From Macrostomum lignano (lineage: Eukaryota): 64,000 nucleotides of DNA. The DNA is taken from contig NIVC01003337.1 of assembly GCA_002269645.1 (NCBI GenBank), positions 39,463 through 103,462 of the forward strand. The letters run 5' to 3'. The notes under the pieces were generated by a model that saw nothing but the letters and a program-made list of their open reading frames with translations, ran no database searches and was not told the origin of the DNA. The translations under genes were made by a program, and so were the position numbers. Below, one piece after another: positions 25,330-35,607 of the stretch. Each line of letters starts with the position of its first letter. The stretch's first letter is position 1.

Positions 25330-28150
25330 ACTAAAAAATTCATTAAACTACTGATGTCAGTAGCGATGCGAGAGTATTTCTCATCATTTTCTTTAGAATT
25401 TCTATAGTAACTAGAAAAGCATTTTGTCAGAGGAATCTTCCTGGCAAATCAATGACTGTATTATCTAAATGATTGGAGACAGTAAGGACAAAAGCATTTC
25501 CAATAATACACTGTATTGGTATGTCTGCAAAGGTATTCTTCTACATAAGGAATATTGATGGCAGATGCCTCTGGCCTTTAACACCTAGTTTAGCTATCTA
25601 GTTTATTATAAATTCAAAGCCCAGGCCTTGGATGGCTGTAGCATAGTGCTCTAGGGCAGCACTCTCAAATTTGAATCTTAGCTTGGGTCTGTTAATGGAA
25701 TTACCCCAAGGCATAGTGAAGAGTATGTCTAATGATAAAGTTAGGGCTACTGTATAGTCCTGTGTGCCTGTGCATATGACTATGTATATTTCCATACACT
25801 TGCATCTCTATTTAAGGGAGAGGGTGGCAGAATGAGCAGTGATGCCTCTTATTGCTTCTGTAACAATTTCACCTAAATTGTAACAAGGCATATATAGCCC
25901 TTTGCTTTTAAAAAGTCAATGTAAAGACTAGGAAATTAAAGTAAAACAATATGATTTTCTAGGATATTATTCAATAATTTAAAAAGGTCTTAGATAATAT
26001 TAATACTAATAGTATATCACTTACCTAAATAATGCTATGGTCTGAAGCTATGACAAACCATAAAAGATTAGAATTAAGGGTAAAAATAATCTTAATTTTT
26101 GTTTCATATCTTATAAGTATAAAAGAAGTAGGCCTTTTGTGATAAAATATTTTGGATTATTCAATTAAATAATTATATTTATAGAGAAAAAAGTTAAATG
26201 ATTTTGATAACCTTAACCTCTGGCTTTGGCTTGATTAAACTTAAAGTTAAAAGGAAAAAATATTTTTATAACTTATTTTTTATATTGGTTTGGTAAGTCA
26301 TTTTGGTAATAAGAGATTTAGATAAGTCATTTTTATAAGTGTGCTAGTGGTTAACTTCTGTCCCTACAAATGATTTCACCGCTGTCACTAAGTTGTACTA
26401 GAGGTCTTTTGGCTCTAAGAATTCCACCGTTATGCCACCAAAAGCTGTCCCAGGGCTCTTAATTATTCTTTTGCTAGCCTTATTAGCTGCCACCAAGCTG
26501 TTGCAGGGGTTATTCCTTTTTGTTAATATTGCTGGTTATTACTTGACCTCTACTTGTAGTGCATGTACTTCTATTGGTAGTGTATGTACTTTTATTGGTA
26601 GCATCTGTACTTCTATTGGTAGCGTATGTACTTTTACTGGTAGCGTCTGTACTTCTATTGTACTTTCGGGCCTGAGCGGTCTCTTAGGCACTGTCTATCC
26701 TATATCCTAAAGATTCAGTCCTGGGCGTTCCCGGGATCAGAGGGTCACAGCGCACTTTGCTGGGTATTCGGCCCTGAGGCGGGTTTCTCAGACTCTAAGC
26801 CTGGATTTCTCTACCCCGTGGTAGGACTTCTGCCTCCTAAAGGCGGGTTACTAGACTCCTAAGTCTAGGATTTCTCGTTCTCTGAGAACGGACTGGACTC
26901 CCAATTTTCTGGGGCAACTCCTAACTACTGTCTACTACTTGAAATAAGTAACACAAGCAAATACAAGCTCAAGGCTGATAGAATTTCTTCTCAACTGAGA
27001 ATTGCTTATTGTTCAACGAGGAACAGACAAGAGCAAGCTGGTTTGCTAGGCTCTCAAATGGCCTCTATTTATAGTATAATTTTTCCTGTCATTTCAAACA
27101 AAAAGTAATATAAAGAATATAGAAAATATACAAAGTATACAAAATATTCGTGTAGTAAAACAAAATAATAGCTTTTTTGAATTTATACCCTTTCTAAGAA
27201 ATGTAAACTACTAAAAGAAGAAGGCCTATTGCATAAGCAAGTCATTATGAATTAATAGTATATTAAATTATGTTTTCAAACTATGAGTTGAGTATGACCA
27301 AACTAACAAAGCTAAGGCAAAACCTAGCTTGTTGAAAATAAAAATTTTGAATTATCTATTAAATTTTATTAAATTATGAAAAAATGAAGTATACAAGCTT
27401 TTTTAATTATAAAATAATTGGTTAGGACCTATAACTAAAAGAAGTATACTTTATTATATTGCCTTTACATTTACACTTTATATATTGACTATTTAAGCAA
27501 AAACTTCCATTTTTCAATTTTTCAATTCTTAACAAATTGTTCACCAAAATGGCTAGCTTTAGGCTAATGGTGACTGCAAAAATAGTTTTTGCCATTATTG
27601 ACTTTTGCCAAAAATTCATTTGTCAACAGTTAAAGTAGGTTGAAATTAAGACTAGCCTAGCAACACCAATGAATATAATATAGCACTCTTCTAATTTTAT
27701 ATGCTTAATTATTTTATTAAAAAATTGTCTTTAGTTGTGAATAAATATTTAAACTCCTGCATGCACATCCAAAAGGCTGTTTGACACCCACCTAGATGAG
27801 TTTCTATGGCACTGTTGCCACTCGCACAAAACTTTAGGGTCCTTGGCCTAGGCAACATAGGCCTACTTTTCTAGGTGGTGCACTACTATGATATCTAGTC
27901 CAAATGAACATGGTGAAACAAACTTGCTAATCGCTAGCCCTAAACCCTAACCCTATAACCATAACCTTTTTTAAGCTTTTTAAGCCCCCCCCCCTACTTA
28001 CAATCTAGTATTAGCAAACTTTTTAAGAGTGCTAAACTTGTTAAAACTTCATTAAAACTTCCTTCAAATTTTATTAAAACTATAAAAAATAATTAAACGT
28101 GCAAAACTAGAGGATTGCCTAAAATACGTCTAAATAGGCTATTTGTCTAC
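25330..28150. other. AT-rich, CpG-depleted block, probably a decayed element with relic reading frames
   Basis: Almost no CG over ~25400-26400 and frequent TA. A ~200-codon minus frame (~25900-25330) is broken by only a few stops. A 21-bp repeat at ~26565-26660 encodes EVxTLP heptads. TATA-like CTATAAATAG lies on the minus strand at ~27065-27074. Confidence 0.45.
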
Positions 28151-28202
28151 ATTGTCTACAAACAAATTAAAGCAGCGGGTGCTGGATGCCATAGCCGCAC
28201 TG

Positions 28203-28492
28203 GGCAATGGCTAGAGTTCCGGCACCGGAACCCATTTTCTAATGGCTATGGTTCCTGCAGTGCCATTATAATATAGATGGAACATTATATTTTTCTTTCT
28301 ACAGGTGGCTGATATTGAGATTTTGTTCTAGATTAAAATTTAAGACAATATGATAAGATTCGGGACGAGATGCTTCTAATATTCAGACTTCTTAAGATAT
28401 GTTCTTAGCAGTCTTTATATGCTTCTATACGGCACTGCCGGATCCCTAGCTGTTAGAAAACGGGTTCCAGTGCCGGAACTCTAGCCATTACC
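28203..28492. mobile_element. MITE (290 bp) with ~62-bp imperfect TIRs and a 9-bp TSD, Mutator-like
   Basis: The left end ggcaatggctagagttccggcaccggaacccattttctaa matches the reverse complement of the right end (ggtaatggctagagttccggcactggaacccgttttctaa). Flanks are GCCGCACTG (28194-28202) and GCCGCACCG (28493-28501). Confidence 0.88.
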
Positions 28493-30814
28493 GCCGCACC
28501 GTCTACTGCATAGCTGCGATCATTGAATGTTACTACATAATTGTAGCAGGTATTCGACAGTACGAGTATATAATTAGGACGCAGCGCAGACCGTTGCAGA
28601 GGAGAGAATCAGATGGTAGTGGGTGTGGGTGTGGCAGACGTTAAGGGCTAGGGGATTCCTTCCATCTGGCATCTGTTGTCCCTAGTCTTATTGACAATGA
28701 CAAACCTTGGGACTTAGCCGCATATTGCTTCGAGACATGACAGGTTTTTCATGCAAATGAAATTGCAAGCTTGGTCATAAAATCTAAATGAATCGTCAGA
28801 ATCGAATCTGAATTCTGAAATGAGTTTACCAAATGCATGTTTACCAATTATTTGTGACAATTAATGTCAACCGTTAATTATCGTGTGCTTGAATCGGCGC
28901 GACATTTCTGCGAAGTTCTGACAAGTTAAAACAAAGTTTATCTCGGTAGGGATCTCCAGCGGCAGTAGCCGTGTTTTTGGGTTTGAAAACGAAGTAGCTG
29001 CGATCATGGTTGGGTTTTCGAATGTAATGCTGCTTCGTAAAGTAGCAGGAAGATATTGCCGATTAAGGAGTTTCCCTACCAGCAGGTTGCAACTACGTAA
29101 CGCACATGAAAATTTTCGTACATGGTTACATGGATTTTGTGAAACGTATAGATACAGAAAATACAATTGTTATCGAGTATAGTTACCAATCACTCTGCAC
29201 AGTCAGCATAGTGGTTCGTGTGATGTGTTTTTTGTGAACTGACTGATATAGTATAATGGTATTTTTGGCTGTCGGCCGGGTTGTTGTTGTTTAGTTAGAA
29301 AGGCGCGTGGTACCCCAATGCTCTTGTCACCTTACACTGCGCCCAGTAGTGTTGTGACACAACCTGTCACAGAGCGCGTCTCAGAGCCTGGTTGTGAACT
29401 TAACAGGTGTAACGCGCCAAACGAATGCAGCTATAGTGCGCCGGCGTCAGACAGCAGGCAGACCCCGCCAATCGCGACCTAACATCGTGTGCATGCCTGC
29501 TGCCTTCGAATGGTAGCATCAGCAGCAACACCTTGCAGCGGCTGTTGGCAATAAAACTCGGCAAAAAATTATGTTGCTTGGATTGAGTCGCCATGCAACG
29601 GCGCAACCGTCGCTTGAGGCTGCAACAGGGTGCAGGCCTCTATCTCTAGTGCTCTTGTCTCTTCGTGGATGTCCTTAAGTCTCAATTGTTGAGTGCTTTT
29701 TTGTCTCTTTTTAGGCGCCCTTGGGTTGGCTTCTGTCTTTGATTGTGAGCGCCCCAAGCTGTCTCGTGACCAACCCCTACTTTTTCTAGGCCCGTGGATA
29801 CCACGCCTAAAAGGTGGCAAAAGTTGCATTGAGCTCCTGTCGTTGGTTTCTGAAGGAGCGTTATTTTGATAGTGCCGCTGCCGCAATTTTTGTCGTAGCG
29901 ATTTGGCCATACCCATTTAGAAGCTACATGTAGTACAATGCGTGTGATGTACAACATGTACGAGCGTATGTTACGTAAAAGATCTACGTTATATATATAT
30001 ATATTCATATGCTTTTTCAAATTTTATTATCCAACCAGCTGAATGCATGTTGGTAAATTTGACTGGCTATCACAATAGTGATACAGGCCGAATTGCCTAG
30101 CTAAATTGTGTAAATAAAATCAACTGTGGATCACGGGGGTTAAATCTTAACCATGTAGTAGTGCAGGGAGATGCGAATAAAATTTTTTGTGGAACTATGC
30201 GAGCGGTCTTGCTCAGCCGCGAACGTAGAACTGCAGGCCCTGTATGCTCAGCAGAGCAGCCGGAATGGCGGGCACGTCCATGAAGTGGCACAGGTGCAGC
30301 TGCTGGGAGAATAGCACGGCCTGGCAGTCCCCGGTGCACAGGTAGATGCAGGTAGCCAGGCTGAAGCCGCTGGCAGACCGGTAGCTGATCCGAAACGCAT
30401 TCAGTTTTAGATAGGACTCGTTGCCAGGTACGAACTTGTTCGGGTCTGCAAAAAAGCGATGAAACTCAAAACTGTAGGCTGTACGTTCATGCATGACGTC
30501 GGCTGCCTGACCGGTTAACCGCTTTATTTTTTACAGATTTGATTGCATCGCTCAGAGAAATAACAAAACGGAGAGAATTTAACTTCAAGCAGCGTTCATC
30601 AGCACGTCTAGAACATGGATCCCGAACAGCAATCCGACGTCGGGGCGACTTTATGATGACGTATGACGTCGTTTTTCGTAGATATAATGCACAGAAGCGC
30701 ATATTTGTCATCGACGTCGATAAACGCTGGGAACGCCGGTCGACGTCGCCGACGTTGGATTGCCGTACGGGGACGATGGCTTCAAGACCTTTCAAGTACA
30801 CGCCCATATGCAAC

Positions 30815-31854
30815 TGTAGTGATCCGCTAGTTGGTGTTAGGCGTCGCACTTTGTCAGCAGTCGCCCTTGCCCTCGCCCTCGCCCTGGGTTGCTGTTTGCC
30901 GCTGGTCAGCTTCCCGCCTCCCTCCTTTTGTCTGTCTGTTGCTGCTCTCTTGGGGTTTTGCCCGTTTTGCCCCTTGTTTCTCAGCCCTCAGCTTCTCTGC
31001 TGTGGGCTGTCTCTGTTTCGCTCGGTCTTTGTTTCCCCTGTCATGTGAGCGAGTCACATGACAGATCCTCTGTTCTTTGAGTCCTAAAGTTGGCCCTGTT
31101 TACCGGGAGAGTCACATGCTTTCGGCCCCCTCCCTTCTCTAAGGAGAGGAGTGACTCATGTTGCTAAAAATAGCAACTGAGTCACAGCCATGTGCACTCT
31201 GCCGGGAGACCCTCAAGTGACGTCAGTTCTAAAAATAGAACGAGTCACGAGGTCTTCCGCACGCTTGTACCCTGCCCGAGACTCTCAAGTGACGTCAGTT
31301 CTAAAAATAGAACGAGGTCACGAGGTCTTGTGCGTGGGTGTTTCCCGGTTATAAATAGGACCCCTCTCCCTTGTTTCCGTTAAGGAAAGGCTTCTTATCT
31401 GCGGAGAATTCACTAAGATCCCGTGTGCGTCAGTGTCTAACTAGTGCCCTTTGCGTACTGAATCCGTTTGTACTGGTCTGACTGAGACCCCAGTAAAGCC
31501 CAAGCCTAAGGGAGGCTAACACTGCCTTCCCAGCCACCCCTGAGCCCGGCGGGGAACTGCTGATCAGGACGCCTTGTTCATTAATCTGCAAATCTGCACG
31601 CTGTGCTGAGTTCGTTGACTTGTTTATTTCGTTCCGACGGGAAGCTCACCTCATCGAAGGCCGAGACCTGAAGGAACTGGTGGCAGCACTACCTACGCTA
31701 CTGAGAGTTGAGAGAATTTCCCACTGAAGAGGCTCGAGTCTTAAGGTAATCTTAAGCGCCTAAACCGGGAAGAAAACACCATTCCACTTCATTGGTGGCA
31801 GCGGTGGGATTCAAAGACCTACCAGGCCACCCCGAGAAAACAATAAGTATTTCA
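30815..31854 (+). mobile_element. 1040-bp LTR-like insertion (TG..CA) with 4-bp TSD CAAC, in the intron of WSC gene copy A
   Basis: CAAC at 30811-30814 and 31855-31858. The paralogous intron has a single CAAC (50125-50128) with homologous flanks. Internal TATA box at 31350, duplicated enhancer-like units, and a PBS. Confidence 0.85.
31793..31812 (+). promoter_or_regulatory. Primer-binding site complementary to the 3' end of tRNA-Leu
   Basis: TGGTGGCAGCGGTGGGATTC is the reverse complement of GAATCCCACCGCTGCCA-CCA, the conserved 3' end of eukaryotic tRNA-Leu. It follows ..CACTTCA plus 1 nt. Confidence 0.85.
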
Positions 31855-34289
31855 CAACCAGAAGCAATGCCTTCTCACTAGTGTAGTGCTGCCTGAACAC
31901 CGAGTTACGAAAGGTGGATCCGCATAGCTGAGTGAAGTTGCCGCTGCACTTTTTATAGCAATCGCTCTCCCTCAGTTGCATTTGCCCGTAGGAGCTCCCA
32001 CAGAAGCAGTGAAAACCGGCCTGAACTCCAAAGTACGGGTGACTGCCGAGCGCGCACAGGGCGCTGCACAGCTCGTGTGTCATGCTGTGGCTGGAGGCCC
32101 TGAACAGCTCTAGTTGATGAAGACCGACACCGCCAATCTTGGTGATGCCGTACATTCTCTGGTCAGTCATCTGCCACAGGCCGTTGACGCCGTCCAGATA
32201 GCAGCCGACATAAGGTGAAATGGCGGCTCCTGCCGGCGCTCGAGGCGATGCCGAAGACTCGACAGGCGAGCAGCAGGCCGGCTGCCAGGAGGATGAAGCT
32301 GTTCAGCCATCGCATGATCGGCTGAACTTTTAGCGAACCAAGGATTAGAGTCGCCTTATAATTTGACTTGAGTCGAAAATTTATTTCATGGCTGGAATAA
32401 CTTTGAAGTAGCTAATATTTAAGCTTTCATCCCGCCAATGTTTTTAAAAGCCTTTAGAATTTCCACTTCAGCTGATTGGATCGGTTGCTAATTATACAGC
32501 GCATTGTTGATCTTAAATGCAAACGCTATTTACTCAAATTGCACTTCAACCTTCTATCAAGCGCCATTAATTTATTTCCGTAGCATTTAGACTTAGAAAA
32601 TAATCGATTTGGGATCCATTGTTGCTCAATAAATGAAAGCAGACTCAAGAACCAGGGGGTCCTTGAGTCAGATTCGTTGCAAATGAAATTTATGGTAATT
32701 GGATGGGCCGATGCCAGGCAGCGGACAAGCTGCTCCCGTCGTAGCTACGACCTAGGTCGTAGCGTCGTAGCCACGCACATTTAAGTTACTATATTAGGCT
32801 GTCTTAATAACTACGTATCAGCTACAGTCTATACATTTAGCTCTTCCGTAGTTCCGGTTAGCCCGATCTTTAACGGCTATGAGTCAGCGTTTAAATGATG
32901 GAATCCTGGTGCACACAGCTGATGCGGGGATGAGCTCCTTCATCATTTTGACTAAGACCTGGTACATCCAGTTCCCTTGTCCCTAATTCCCTCTGGTACC
33001 GTATTGTGACGTTGCTAGTTTAAGGTGGTCCCGCAAAAGGGCCGTTGGACTATAGTTTCCCTTGCAATTTCTCATTTAAATTTCTCCAATAGTTTATTTT
33101 AACGTTTACTTGTAGTAGCGTGCAAATAATCTGTATCAATTGCTAATTCACTGTGTATTTGGTAGACCTTGCGTTCGTCTGTAAATTTTAGCACGATCGA
33201 TAATTTCAAGTTCCCTCGCCAGCCAATGAAAACTCTCCGTGTTTTATGCTAACCCTTCTGCGCTCTTTATTAACCCCCGCCTGGCGGCGGGCTGGGGGCC
33301 TCCTCACTTCTGGCTTCGGGCGTCTGGCTCTCGTTTTCCTTCTCTCTCCTGGCTGCCTCGAGCCTCCTTATCTCTCGCCATGGCTCCTCTGTCTGGGCCA
33401 GCCTGTTTACACACTGTACTCCACTGTGTACTGCCACGGCTAACGCCACTCTCACCGCTACTTATCTGCCTGTTTACTTACTACTCACTGCCTCCACTGT
33501 GCTCATCGCCATCACTCACTACGTTGCGTCGCCATCACTCACTTCGCCTGCCACTCGACTTCATATTCTAATCACTTTCAAAACCATTGTTGCAGCCGCC
33601 AGTGCCCAGAACACTATAAGTTTTGTATTGACATTAACCAGTCTAATATTGATCTCGACAATAAATTAGCTACGGCAGTTTCCTGCCCTTATACACCAAG
33701 TGCTCCGCTACACAATCCGCTTCGCAAGAACTGACTTCGATTCATTTTGGGACTACAACAACTTACGACAATTCTCGTCAAACAGCCCTTTTAAGGGTCA
33801 TAACCTCTACGCCAATAACGTGACAGTATCCACAATAGCAGACTTTTCCCGAAAGAATCACTCACTCGTCTTGAATTGACGCTTCGTCTACTAATCATGG
33901 CCGGGCGAGAAAGAGCGCGTGGGGTTTTCCTGATAGCGACAAGTGTTTCGAGGGATCGGTGTCCCTCGCCTGCCGCAAACTTATTCATACGTATATTTTC
34001 ACCGTTACACCCAAAACCGATTGGCCACGCATAGATCGCAAAAACAACATAATATTATCGTAGCAAGTTGAGGCGCAGCTGGGCCAGAGATAATTGGGGG
34101 GAACGTCAGGGGACAGCCCAGCCAATCAGACTGGGTGCGCATCAAGCTGGGGCAGACAAATGGGGGTTGCGAGACAAAACGGGGCTGGGTAAACAACTTA
34201 TGGGTGGGCCGTAAGTGTGCAGCTCCGGGGCACACCTGCCTGAGAGTCAAAGATTGCTCGTCAGTGCAAATGCACTCGGGCAAAAATAA

Positions 34290-34463
34290 CGTGTATGTGC
34301 TACTTTATAACTACATGTATGTGCTACTTTATAATTACATGTATGTGCTACTTTATAATTACATGTATGTGCTACTTTATAATTACATGTATGTGCTACT
34401 TTATAATTACATGTATGTGCTACTTTATAATTACATGTATGCGCTACTTTATAACTACATGTA
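34290..34463. repeat. 24-bp minisatellite (GTATGTGCTACTTTATAATTACAT) x7
   Basis: Directly visible. Confidence 0.95.
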
Positions 34464-34949
34464 TGGCCTCACACCAAAAACTTCTCAATAATCTCGAGCG
34501 CTTTCGGAAAGTCAATTCGATTAGACTGAACTGAGCGCAGATTCTTTATCTGACCCACTATATAGCTGCAAGGCTCACGTGCTCACGTGCTGCAATTGCG
34601 TGGCGCATCCGATGGCTGTACGGGTACAGCTGATACAGTGCCGGCACTTTTGAGGATCGCAACTCCAACCCCGTACATGTACATATATGTCTACGTACCG
34701 CGCCTAGCTCAGAGCTGCTGCCGTATCAAAGTAGTGAAATCTGGAACCAAACCTAACAGAACTCTAAGCTAAACCCACTCGGCTAGCAGTTCTACTCCTG
34801 GAAACAATATTACTTGTTGACATACTATTGTTGGTCTTTTGTGATGAGTGCGGAGACAAAAATCCAGTAAATGGTAAGGAGGTGCGCATAGTGACGACGT
34901 GTACAAGCAGAGAAAACTTTGATACCAATTTGTATTTTTGAGGAAGTTT

Positions 34950-35200
34950 AGCATGAATATATAGTTTATAAACATACATGTATAGTTAAATATACTTAGC
35001 CAGGATACATGTACCGTCAGGGGGAAATTTCTGATCAAATAGTGCAAATTTGGTGAAAATCGGTTGAGCCGTTTGAGAACTCTAAGCATGAATATATAGT
35101 TTATAAACATACATGTATAGTTAAATATACTTAGCGAGGATGTACCGTCAGGGGGAAATCTCTGATCAAATAGTGCAAATTTGGTGAAAATCGGTTGAGC
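34950..35200. repeat. Tandem duplication of a ~120-bp unit (period 135 bp), possibly part of a non-autonomous Helitron-like element
   Basis: agcatgaatatatagtttataaacatacatg..aaatttggtgaaaatcggttgagcc occurs at 34950 and 35085. The family assignment is a weak impression only. Confidence 0.7.
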
Positions 35201-35607
35201 CATTTTTTCTGAAATCAATCGCATACCTATAGATACCGACGTAGAAACAACTCATTTTACTAGTTAAATATATAATATATCGCTAAATATATAATATATA
35301 TTTAATAAGATTAAAAGCTCGTTCCCACAGCTATCAAATAAAGCCAAACTTAGAGTGATCACACAGCTTGTCCATATTTTTCCGTCGCTTTGTACGAGTA
35401 CATCAATGGCGTGTTTGATGATTGATGACTTAGTTGATTGCCGGTGTGAACGAGTTTTAAGAATCCAAAAAATAAAATCTTCAGATGGTTGACCACATGG
35501 TTAAAATACTTAACGACAAATAAAATTTTAAGAAAAGCGCAAGTCAAAAAAGGTGTCCTAAATCACTAAAGCAGCTAGTACAAAGCCATTCAATATCACT
35601 GAAATAC

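Larger units (their letters stand above)
30213..32315 (-). pseudogene. Secreted WSC-domain + PAN/apple-like protein, copy A (+1 frameshift near 32212)
   Basis: Exon 1 32315-31879 (437 nt, one longer than the paralog: ACCTTATGTC vs ACCTACGTC), donor gtgaga. Exon 2 30445-30213 follows a ttttttgcag acceptor. Signal peptide and WSC Cys pattern are present. The frameshift could be an assembly error. Confidence 0.75.

Noticed and set aside
27944-27966. Telomere-like CCCTAA units
   Set aside because: Only 2-3 degenerate copies; too short to call an interstitial telomere.
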